A stretch of DNA of 64,000 nucleotides from Geosiphon pyriformis uo1 (taxonomy: Eukaryota; Fungi; Glomeromycota). The notes under the pieces were generated by a model. It was not told the DNA's origin. It made no database searches and worked only from the letters and a program-made list of their open reading frames with translations. This document shows, in pieces, positions 51,936 to 64,000 of the stretch (position 1 is its first letter; each line of letters begins with the position of its first letter). The DNA lies in NCBI GenBank assembly GCA_016748015.1, contig JAAOMT010000772.1:313541-377540 (forward strand). The letters are read 5' to 3'. Position numbers and translations under genes: made by a program.

Positions 51936-54900
51936 TTTGTTGTTATTGCTAAACCATTTAAGTTCTTGTTTTATTAAAAAATTTGAAAATATAATATATT
52001 GTTTAGAGTTTTTATTAAAGTTTGAATTATTATTATTGTTATTGTCATTGTAAATAATATTAAAACTATTATTGTTATTATCATTAGAGTCTGAATTATA
52101 ATTACATTTTGATTCTAATTCTGAAGTATATTTACTAATTGGTTCTTTTTTGGGAATTGAATAAATTATGCATAATAGTAAATTATAAATAAAATTATAA
52201 TTGTTACAATATTTAAAGTTACTAAGAATTAAACAATATTTATAAAGTTTAACATTTAATTATTCTAAATACTGCTTTTATTTTTCTTAAATAAGTGTTA
52301 AATCTTGGTAGTATTTGTAAAATTGGTTTGAATTACTTATAATATTAATAAAAATATCTAAATTTAAAATAAGAATGGTTTTAATAAGTTCTGATAAATT
52401 GTTTTTGATTGCTAATATTTTATTAAATAAAGTATTTTTGACTTTAGTACTTGTTATTTACCAGATTTTATCTTTATTATGTAAGTAGCTATCCAAATAT
52501 AAAAGAGCTCTGTTTTATTTGGCATTAAAAAGCATTTCTCTGCTTATCTAATTGCTAATAAGAATTGTGTATTAACATAATATGTCACATATTTTTTTAT
52601 AATTAAAAATGTTATTCTATATTTCTTCATTAAGTAAGATCTTTCTATAAACAAAATATAATTTATTGTCTTATTTATCTTGTTATTTTAGTTATTCAAA
52701 GCATTTTTAGTAATATGTTTTGCAATAATAGCAAGTATATATTTCATATTTTTCTTCTGATAAGATATAAGTTTTTATGGATAAAAGCTTTTTGTTGCAA
52801 TCTATGTATTTAAATAGAATTTAGAGTAAGTGTTTTCTTGGTATTGGTATTAGTATTGAGTATGAAATATTCTAACTATTTTGTTGTTTCTTTTGTAATA
52901 ATAATAATTTAAGATTTGTTTTCTTTTTTTTCTTTTTTTTTTTCTTTCCAAGTAAATACTAGTAGTAGTTTATTGTGCTTTTTTTAGTTTATAATACTTA
53001 GTAAGTTTCTTAAATAGGTTTTTTTTTGAATTTAATTAGTAGTAATATTTGTTTTAAAGTAGTTACAAGTAATTAAAACCCAATTATGCTGTTTGATATA
53101 TATTAGTTAAAGTTTCTAAATATTTTAATTAAACATTGTATTGGTTTTAAACAGCCAGTTATTATTAATTAGAGCTTAATATTACATAGCTTTAATAATT
53201 AGAACTTTAATTAACACAATAACGTCATTGACTTTAAAAAAAAAGTTATTAATTTTGTCAATAAAAGTCTTTGTCATTTTATTAGTAGTAATAATTCTAA
53301 TATTGACAGCTTGATCAACTTGGCAACCTAATTAGTTTATGAATTGTTATATAATAATATTGTCTGTTAAATTATTATTAAAGATTAGTTTGATAGATTA
53401 ACCATCAACTTTGACATTAGTATACATAACAGTAATTGGTTTAGTGTTAAGAATAGCTTTATTAAAAAAGACATTATTACTAATTCTTCAAGTTTAAAAG
53501 GAAATATTATGATAAGAAATTTGTTTTTTTTGATAATAATAAGTGAAATGTTATTGTTAAGTATTTTCTAAGTTTTTAAGTTATTAGATAGGTTGTTTAT
53601 TAAGGTAACTAAGAAACTTAAATAGCTCTAAGAATTTGGATTTTGGGCATAATTTTGATAATTGGTTTAAAAAACCAAGAATTAATTAATGCATAATTAT
53701 TGCTAATTTCTAATTTTATTGGGTGTGGTTAATTTTGGCCTTTAGTTTTTGGTAGATATTTGAATTAGAATCTGAAGTGGTACTTAAATTTGTTGGAGTT
53801 AATAAATAACCAATGGTTGTAAGACTTAATAAATTACTGATATAAAAGTTTAATAGATTAAAGATATGTATATTGGCTGCATTTTTTAAGAGTAATAGAA
53901 CTGATATTAATATTGTTTTAATGATAAATTACTGATATAATTCTGGATTTAAAACCTGTAATTGGGATTTTTATTTTTATTTTCTGATCATAAGTTATAT
54001 ATTTTGAATTAATAGTTTGCTTTAATATGTTCTTGTTAATAGCAATAATAACAGATACATATTTTTTACTGTTATAGTAGATTTGCTAATAATAATGCTA
54101 ATATACATAACTAATTGAAACTACAATTATAGTTTTTTGAATTATTGCAATATTGAAAAAGCTAATAAATTGTTTAATTGTTAGTTAAATATCTCTTGAT
54201 TTTTTGATTGATTGTTTTTCCAAATTGCTTTAATTTGGTATCCAATTTAAATAATTTGTTTATTATTAGATTTATGACTTGGACATAATTGGCTTTAAGT
54301 TTAGCCAATTCAAAATCTCTGACATAAATAACTGTATTTTAAAGTGTGTTTGGATATAATAGATGTATTTGTTGTAACAAACTGCTATATAATTTACAAA
54401 TAAATTGATTTAAAATCTGTGGTATTGTAAAGTAGTCAATATTAATTGTTTAGATTTAATGTAAATTTTTGTGAAAACATTCTAAGTAAGTAGTAATTGC
54501 TTTAATATTATCTTGCTTAATAATAGTGAATCTAGTTAACAAGCAGTTAATACTGTTATTATTACTAAAATACTATAAAAAATTCTGTTTAAATACATTA
54601 AAAATTTGGAGTTTATTAACCAAGCTCTAATATTATAAGTTAGCAATATTTTAAAAAAATTATGAGATTATTTGAAAAGCTTTGGTATTATTCTAGCCAT
54701 TGGCTGTAATTGCTTTGGCTATATCATTAAATCAAGCTTAAACATTATTTTTTTTGTCTGTAAATTTTTCTAATTTGGCAATAGGTACATATACTATTGG
54801 TACAAATTGTTGTAATAGTTAAAAAGTGGCTATTAATATAATTGGTAAATTGATTCAAATAACTGGAATTTAGTTTTGTTAAAGAATAGAAGTAAAGTTT

Positions 54901-57900
54901 AAATTGTTTGGGTTTTGTTGAGTTTGAACAATCGGAATTTGGACTTTCTAATTATTTGGAATTAAGTTTTGATTATTAATTTCCTAATTATTATCTTTTT
55001 TTTCTAATTATTGGTAGATTCGAAATTTGGTTAAAGTAATAATGATTGAAATTTTGATAAAATTGTTGATTGTAATTTAAATTTTTTAAAATAATTACTA
55101 TAAATTTTTAATATTTTAGATTTTTTTTAATTGTTTTAAAATAGAATTCTTATAACAGTTGGTTTTACTGTAGATAATAACATAAAATTTGAAAATATGT
55201 TGATAATATTTTTCAGTATATAATAGTATGGTAGTATGATAATATAATAATATAATAAATATATTAGAAAAATGATTTTGGGTTTTTTTAATTAGATAAT
55301 TGTACTGTTTTAAACATGTTTGTTAGTATTTGTATTCTGTTTTTGTCTTTGTTTATAAATATAATTAAAAACTTTTGCTGATTCAAAATTTGCTTGTTCT
55401 CTTAAAAAATATACAGTCTTTTTGTTAACATAGAAATTAAAGACTAATTTGATTAAAAAATAGTTGCTGATTAATTCCAACTGCTATTAATATTATTGGA
55501 ATAAAAATTTGGCAAATTTTAAATAATTTGCTTTTACTATTTCTAATTCTCTTACTTTTTTAGATGATTGCTACTGGTATTAGATTTTTGTTAAATTATA
55601 TCTTACAGGAAGCACCAAATGTTATAAATAATTATTTAAGGTGTTAAAATAAATAACAAATTTGTAACTTGGTGCTTAATAGCTATTAATGTTGGTAATT
55701 TTTAAAGATTTTTATAATTTGAAAGTTTTGGTTAAGTTTTTTGTATAATGAACAGAGATTCAATAAATGGTTTCTTCTGTGAATTTTTTTTTATTATGGT
55801 AGCCAGTTTATTTTGACTGTTATGTTCTTTTGATAAATTATTTTTAAATTTTCTATTCTTGTTTTCCAAATCTTTTATCAGACTATTCTTAACATTAATT
55901 ACTCAGTGCTTAATTTTTTAATTAATTAGTAAACAACAAAAAAAAAATAACAAAAAAAAAAGGAATAAGAAATTAGTATTTTGTTAATAGTCATAATTAA
56001 GAGTTACTGGTCTAATATAATTAAGTATTAAATTTTATTAACATAAGTTGTTAATAGTATAGAAATGATTAATATTTTATAATCAAGTAATAACAATATA
56101 AATTAGATAGTAATCGATATTTTTATTTAATATAAATATAATTCTATTTCAAGTTATAGAAAACTATCTTTTAAAGAAAGAAGTATTTAATAATTACTTG
56201 TTTCTAACTATTATTTTTTTTTTTTGTTTCTAATACTTTTACTATATATATATAATTTATGTTATATAAAATTTTACATATTTTTATTTTTTTTCTATAT
56301 TACTTCCTAAAAATGTGCTTATTCTTTGAAAATGTGTTATAATTTTCTAAAAATATGCTTACATATTGAGTATTATTTTTTTATTAGTCTATTTTATGAT
56401 CTGTTTTTCTTATTTTTTTCTTGTACTCTTTTTCTATAAGTAATATTAAATAGAATTTATCTATATTAACATGATTATTTTTAATCTTTTATATTAACAG
56501 TACATTCTAAAAATCAATTAAAAAATTTAGAACCAAGCTTTACTATTTGAAATAGTCTTGAAAATTTATTTTTTAACTAATATTTTCAATCTGTATATAT
56601 CTGCCAAAGTACACAAACATTTTAAAATCTTTATCTACAACTCCACCAAAAATATTATTGAGATTCTTAAAAAAACTTTTATTGGTTCTATTTTCACAAA
56701 CATTTAAAATCCCAAGAAATCTTAATTTATTCTGAACTTTGTACAACTGTTTTTATTTTGTAATATTATTTCATAAGTATAAAACCTGTTAAAAAAAAGC
56801 TATTTATTTACTACAAAAAAATTAATAAATTGAAATTAGAAAACTTAAATATTTTATAGCAAATACAACTCAAGATTTTTTTAAACCAATACACTAATAT
56901 TTTTGTTTGTGAAAACAAATTTAAATGCATTAATATTGTAAAACATAAAATTAATATTAATAATACCAAATCTATTAAACAATAAATTTATTAAGTAATT
57001 TCAGATAATAATAACTTAATTAAACAGGAAATACAACAATATTAAATAACAGATTAATCAAAGAATTACTAAGTCCTTAGTTCTTATCTGTTATGTTAGT
57101 TATCAAGAAGAATAAAAAAATCTGTTTCTGTATAGACTATTAAAAACTTAATAGTATTACTTGAAAAGATAACTATTTGATTCTCTTTATTCAAAAAATT
57201 TTGGATAATCTAAAAAATAAGAAATAGTTTTTATTTTTAAATTTTACTAACAAATATTAATAAGTCAAAATAGACTTTATAAACAAAAAAAATGGCATTT
57301 ACCATCCAAGATAATAATTTTAAGTTTAAAATAATGTTTTTTGAACTCTGTAATATTCTAATTATTTTTTAATATTTAATAAATATTATATACAAAAAAA
57401 TGCTTTATAAATTAATTGTATTATATCTGAATAATATTAATATATTTTCCAAAATCTTTGATAACTATCTGCTCTATTTTTAACAAGTCTTTTATTACTT
57501 ATAAAATACAGAAATAAAACTTAATTCTAATAAAAAATTTTTTAAAAAACTGAATTAAAATTTCTGTAATATGTATTTGGTAAAAATAAAATAAAACCAA
57601 ACTCTAACAAAGTTCAGAAAGTAAAGAATTTTTTAGTTCCAATTAATCTGCAAGAACTAAAAAAATTTTTGAAATTAACAAAATACTATTGTTAATTCAT
57701 CAAAAAGTTCTTTAATATTGTTAAATTTTTTTATTACTTATTATCAAAACATATTTTATATATATAAAAAACTAATTAGCAAAAAACTTTCAACTATCTT
57801 AAACAATAACTTATTGAAACTTCAATTTTAATTTACTTAAACTTTAATAAGCACTTTATTATAACTACAAATGTCTTAAAAAACGCACTAAAAATTATTT

Positions 57901-60900
57901 TATTACAAATTAAACTTGATAATTAAAAACATCTAATTGTATATAATAGCTACAACACTAGTACTGTTGAAAAAATATACAATACTACTAATCTAAAATA
58001 TTTTGTTATTTACTAGACTATACAAAACTGAAAAAATTACTTTTGTTAACTATTTAACCTATATATAAATCATAAAAAATTAATTTGGTTACTTAATAAA
58101 TCACAACTTGAAAAAAAGTATACAAGATAGAGTATTTATTTGCAGCAGTTTTTATATGAAGTACATTATAAAAAAAAGCTAAAAACACTAATCTTAACAG
58201 TTTATCAAAAATAACTTAAATTTAATTATAAATTAATAAATACAACTACTTACTAATAGCTATATTAATATCTGTTCATATTTTAATTTAAGAAAAAACT
58301 ATTTTAACAAAAACAAAATATTATATAAAAATAAGTTTAAAATTATTTTCTATATAATAATTAATTATTGTTAAAAATACTAAAACTATCTTACATCATA
58401 ATAAGTTATAAAAGATACTGAAAAAAAAATTGTTTTGTTTAACATGCACTTAAATTCAATAGTAAAACACTTTAACAAAGATATTAGCTTAAAAAAACAA
58501 TTAATCTATATTATTGGTTTATAATATATAAAAATATCTTCAAATATGTCTTTAATTATAACTTTTGCTAAAAAAAAGAAGAAACCAAAACAATAAAACC
58601 ACTTCAATTTATTTTAGTTAGAAACTTATTCAATAAAATTAAAATTAATTTGGTTGAATTTCTTTTTATTATCTTTAAAAAAAATTATTATATTGTTTTA
58701 ATTGTAAATTACTTTACCAAATAGTTTAAAGCTAAAGTTATTTAAATAATAAATACCAAAATAATAGCTGAATTTGTATATTAAGATCTAATTTGCCAAT
58801 ATAAATATCCAAAAAAATTATTATCTAATTAAAAACTTATTTTGTCAATAACATATTTATTAAACTGAGCCAATGATTTAGAATAAATTATTATTATTAT
58901 TATTATATTATTTTTAAACAAACTGATAAAACAATTTAATCAAACATTATATAAAGCATTAGCAAAAATAAGTTACAAAAATACACAAGAATAAAATCTA
59001 TTTATACTTTTAGGATTATTCATATATTAAATATTAAAGCAAAATACTATTTAGTTTACATTATTTGAACTAGTCTATAAAAGAAAAACTATACTACTTA
59101 TTGAACAAAAACTACTTACTTTTCTGACTAAAACAATTATTAAAGAAAATTTTAAAGCTATTTTGCATTAAAAAACATACCAATTTATAAAAACATTAAA
59201 AAACAATTATAGAACAGCAATTAACAATATTAGTAATGCTCAAAAATAACAAAAAAAAACATAATAATTGTTTATCCAATCAACTAATTGAATTTAAAAT
59301 TAGAGACTAAGTATTATTATATTATACTAAAATTAAAAAACAGTAAAGTAAAAAGTTTAATTCAAAATAAGATAAATTATTCCATATACATAAAGTTTTG
59401 GACAATAAAACTTATAAATTATAATTAAAAAACAAGATTTTAAAGAAAGCTATACATAAAAATTGTCTAAAAATTTATCACACAACACAAAAATTATTGT
59501 TATTTATATCTTAACTAAGAACACAAATTCTATTAATTAAACCAGAAGATATATTACAAGATTTAGAACCAATTATTATTATTAAACACAATTTATATAC
59601 AATAATCTAAATTACATAAAATAAAGATATAAATACCAAAAAAACAAAGAAAAAAGTTAATAATATTTTTAATATAGATCTCTTAAACAAAATTTTGAAA
59701 CTTTTACAACAATTATTTAAAACAATTTAACAATTTATAATACCAATAAAAATCACAATTAATAGAAAAAAAATATAATACAAAAATATGAATAAAAAAA
59801 GAAAAGACAAGAGTTTAATAAAAATTAAGCATTCTTATTTTTACAACCAATTAAGAAAAAAAAAAATATATATGGTTATATATACTCAACAAAATTAAAA
59901 AACTTTAAACAAGCTAATTATAGAATTAATAACAAAAGAATGAACACCAAAAATCTTCAAAAAGTGGAAAAAAAGACTTTTATTAATATACTAATTCTTT
60001 AAAATTAATGAAAAATCAAATCTATAAATATTATATCTAGATATTAATAAACAAATATTTAACAAAAAAGGTTTTAAACAAATAAAAAATTTTGTAAAGA
60101 AAAACAACTTAATACTACATTATAAAGCAACATATTAATTGTATTTAGAATTTAAATATTGTTTAATTATACTATTAAATAATTCATTAAAGATAATTAT
60201 AGTTAATAACATAAAATAAATAACAAATTTACAGTTTAAAAATCTATAAAAAACAATACTTGACACAATAATTGAATATTATACCAAAAAAACAATTATT
60301 ACAGATACATATAATTTTGCAAAAGCTCAATTTTAAAAAAAAGAGATAATATTATTCAAATAAAAAAGCCAATTCAAAAGCTATTGAAAAAATACAATTA
60401 AAACATGATAACATAAAAAAAACATAATAATACAAAATAATATATAATAATTCAAAATAATACAAGATAATACACAATAATATAAAATAGCACAAAATAA
60501 TTAACCATAACATAAAATAACTAATTATAGTATAAAAAACAAAACAACAACAGAAATAGTAAGCAATAGCTAGTAATAATAAATGATTGAAATATATATA
60601 AAAATAAGTAATTTTAGCAAATAGAAAGAAATAAACAAAAGATAAAAACTTATTTTCTTAAAAACATATCTTAACTTTAAAAACTTAATAAATCTCTTTT
60701 ATCTTATTTTTTTTTATATTTTTATATTTACAATTAAATAAAAATATTGTTTAAATTTATTCATACATAATTTCCAAATTTGTGTTGTTAAAATTAAATT
60801 AATTATTTTTCTTATTTTTATTTCAAATTAAATGCTTTTAGCATAAACTGCTTTAAAATTTTAACAATTTAAACCAATTGCTTTTGATTATAATAATTGA

Positions 60901-61598
60901 TAATACTAATTTCTCTTTTTTTTTCTCTTATTTTTTTTCTTTTTTTTTTTCTGATAAAGTGGTAATTTTAAAAAAATTGACTATTTAAAAATAAACTTTG
61001 TAATAATCTGGTAAAAAAAAAAAGCTTTTTTTAAGTTTGAATATTAACTCTATTTTGTTAACTTATTAAAAGAACAAAAAAAAATATTAGACCCTAATAA
61101 CTGTATTTAACTAGCTTAAAAAAAATAACTCATATATATTTAACTACAAACAATTAAACTATATTTTTATATCTTATAACCAAAAAACTTTATGAGTAAA
61201 TTTATATCTATTAAAAATTTTTAGAAATTGATAACTTTAATCTGTTGTCTATACAAACAAAAAAATTTTTAAGTTCCTTTACTTAAATATAAAGCACTAA
61301 ATATTACTATTAAGTTTACTTATAATATTAAATAGTAAAAAAGATATTATTTTTTTCAGTATTTTCAGAAATCCATTTTTTTATTTTTTAGAAAGCATTA
61401 ACAATGGTTTTTTGTAAAAACCAAATAATAAAAAAGCCTTAAAGATAGCCATTAATAATTTAAAACTTGTAGTTATTATTGTACTGATTAACTGTTACTG
61501 TTTTTTAAAGTTATCTAATTATTCAATTGAATTTTGTGTATTATTTTTAAATAAAAACAGTAAAATATTGTTTTTTCATACTAAAACTGTTTATATGT

Positions 61599-64000
61599 TG
61601 TTACTAGACAAAATTAGAGATATTAATTAGCATGAAATTACCCTTATAATTCTTATCATTAATTAGCATTTCAAATTATTACTTATTACATTAACAAAAT
61701 ATCCGAAATTATTATTTAATTAATAACCCAATTTATACATGACACAAATGTAACCTAATTGTGATGATCAATCATGCAATACCCCGAACTATGTAACATT
61801 CAAAAAGTTTGCTGAAATTTGTAGAAATTTGCTGAAATAATTGATAGTTTACTGAAATATCTAATAGTTTGCAGAAATAACTTGTAGTTTGCCGAAATGT
61901 ATCTTTAGTTTAGCAAAATTGTAGAAAATAGCAAAGTTAAAGTTCATAAAATAGTGTTATGACAAGTTGTATAAAAAAAGAGCTTTTTTCTTTGAGAAAA
62001 TGTATCTTACTTTAGATTTATTACTTAGAACCATTTTTTTATATACACAAAAAAAAATAAATATCAAATAATTCAAAAAACCAAATTCTTTAATTATTGC
62101 ACTTGAAAAATTCCCAAAACCCAACTAACGTTTTGAAATTGATTAGCTACTAATTTCAGTAAAACTGTTAGTGACTCCAGGCCTGGATAGAAAACGTTTC
62201 TCTTAACAGAATTCTATTTCTTTTACATTTCTTTTATTTTCTTTCTTTTATTTTCTTATTATAATCATTAGGGTAGCCTACAGATAAGATTCCTGTAGAA
62301 GAGTTGACTTTTACAGCAAAGTAACTACACATTTTAGTGAACTTCCAGATGAGCAATTCCTGAGAAAAAGTTGACGTTTACTACAACGTAACTACATGAA
62401 GCAACTGGCACGAAATTGGCCATTCCACTTATAAGCTCAGTAGTTCAAATTATAGGAGATAATTTAAAGATAAAAATTCAGTTATCGGAGATTCAAACAC
62501 TTCCCATAGTCATGAATTAACAGCATTACAACAAACATACAAGAGCTAAAAAGAAACCAAAAACCTCCAATAACATTTGGTGCTCTCCCACAGAAACAAC
62601 ACAGTAAAAACAACTTCAAAGTGGTGACCACACCAGATGCAACAACTCTAGAGTATTACCAGTCAATTTACACCCATTGCAAGCAAAGATTCAACATTCC
62701 AGACGGAATTGAAGTTGTCAAGAAATCAGTATACCAATACATTGAAAACCGTATCAACAATTATCTTTTTGGAAATTACAATATCTTAGAAGTTAGAAGC
62801 AATCTTTACAATAATTTAGTATATTATTCACAGTTGGAAACTGAAGACCTTAACAGTGAAACACTTGCCACTTACTTTCAAGAACTTAATTTTAACATTA
62901 TCAAGTACTGTGAAGAAACATATCCAGTGCAGTCTCAATATTCTATTGATTTTGAATCAGAGACAGAAACAAGCAACAAAGGCAAACAAAAATTGAAGCA
63001 ATACTCAAAAACCACCCCAAATACTCCAATACTACCAAAAACAACTGCCAAACACTTACAAACATCTGAACAAAGAACCAGTTCAAAACTTCCACTTACT
63101 ATAACACCTTTTTCAGCTTTACTTGCACAAGCACAAACACCTAATTCACTCTTAAATTGATTTGCAAGACTAAAAGATTTTACATCACCCAGAAGTCCCA
63201 CCAAACAACAAGAACCCCTTCAAACTAATTCTAATCTCCTTGACTTTCTAGCTGAAAATTGAAGTGAACACTCTGAGACAGCAGTGAACGAAGAAAATGA
63301 CTCTAAAATATCTGAAGAAGAATCAATAGACAGTGAAAACGAAGAAGACAAAATGACAGCATACATTGCAAAAATCCCTAAATTTAATGAAGAAGACATT
63401 GAGACCAGTCCCCAAGAATGGCTCGACCAAGTTACTAAAGCTGGAGATGCAAATGGATGGAATGCTGCCAGAATGTTAAGAACAATTCCCTATTTTCTCA
63501 AAGAAACAGCAGGTAAATGGTTCGAAAACTTAACCACCCTTTTTAATGACTGAACAGCTTTCAAAATTGCCTTTTTAAAACAATTCACCAATAACAACAC
63601 CTCAATTACACTTTGAAATTGTTTTTACAATATCAAACAAGAACCCTCCGAATCTGTCATGACTTATATTGGGAAATTCAACAAACTTCTCAGACAAATT
63701 TGCCAACTTGAAAATAATGATTATTATTCTGATGCTCAAATCTTGGATCAATTTATTGCTGGTTTAAAGGATAAACTGATTAAAAAAGTTCACCCACATG
63801 TTCCAGAAGATTTAAACTTTGCCATTCAGCATGCAAAGAGATATAAAATGGCCATAGAAGAAGCCAATTGTACAAAACTCGTGAACTTAGCCATTGGAAA
63901 GACCAGCTCAGCAGCTGAAAAGAAAATTAACCAACTCACAAAAAAAGTTGAAAACTATTTCACCAACCAACAACAACAGCAACCCCAAAGATATCAACTG
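61599..64000 (+). mobile_element. Family D gypsy: 5' LTR 61599-62575, PBS, gag (runs off window)
   Basis: PBS TTTGGTGCTCTCC. One reading frame from ~62621 with TGA stops at 63158, 63260, 63551, 63614; capsid motifs IPKFN..PQEWL..NGW..FLKETAGKWF and IKQEPSESVMTY. Confidence 0.9.

Larger units (their letters stand above)
38290..56445 (-). mobile_element. Family B gypsy (full structure, decayed): LTRs 55620-56445 and 38290-39090; gag-PR-Cys-rich-dUTPase-RT-RH-IN-3'ORF
   Basis: Paired LTRs, PBS TTTGGTGCTTCCTGTAAG, PPT at 39091, flanks TTAG/TTAA; RT fragments (KEKTAFI; ORFs 49266-49701). Confidence 0.85.
33249..61327 (+). mobile_element. Family C gypsy (outermost in nest): 5' LTR 33249-34228 (left end missing), gag-PR-dUTPase | RT-RH-IN-3'ORF, 3' LTR 60350-61327
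   Basis: Paired ~1-kb direct repeats; PBS TTTGGTGCTTCT at 34229; decayed RT motifs (FCIDY, VYLNNINIFS) ~57000-57500; integrase ~58400-59500. Interrupted by element B. Confidence 0.82.

Overview
Eukaryotic (fungal) genomic DNA, most consistent with a Glomeromycota species. Geosiphon pyriformis is suspected from the gypsy Gag text and a cyanobacterium-like gene, but that is inference. A compact, CpG-containing, intron-rich gene island (~3.5-10.2 kb) holds two head-to-head pairs: FAD synthetase (-)/PAM18 (+) and RNase H2 subunit B (-)/SCP2-type thiolase (+, one in-frame TAA). A long rod-like fold-back sits just downstream of the FAD synthetase gene. Nearly everything else is very AT-rich, CpG-erased retroelement debris: RNase H-bearing LINE copies and at least four Ty3/gypsy LTR families (labelled A, B/X, C, D here). 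These form a three-level nest with 4-bp TSDs and two solo LTRs; some carry dUTPase, a Cys-rich domain and an extra 3' ORF. All repeats show massive two-strand C->T/G->A decay not limited to CpG (RIP-like). An intronless, bacterial-looking flavin monooxygenase 5' half abuts an 898-nt assembly gap; it is either horizontal transfer or a chimeric assembly join. Coordinates were read by hand; TE boundaries not fixed by TG..CA/TSD are approximate.
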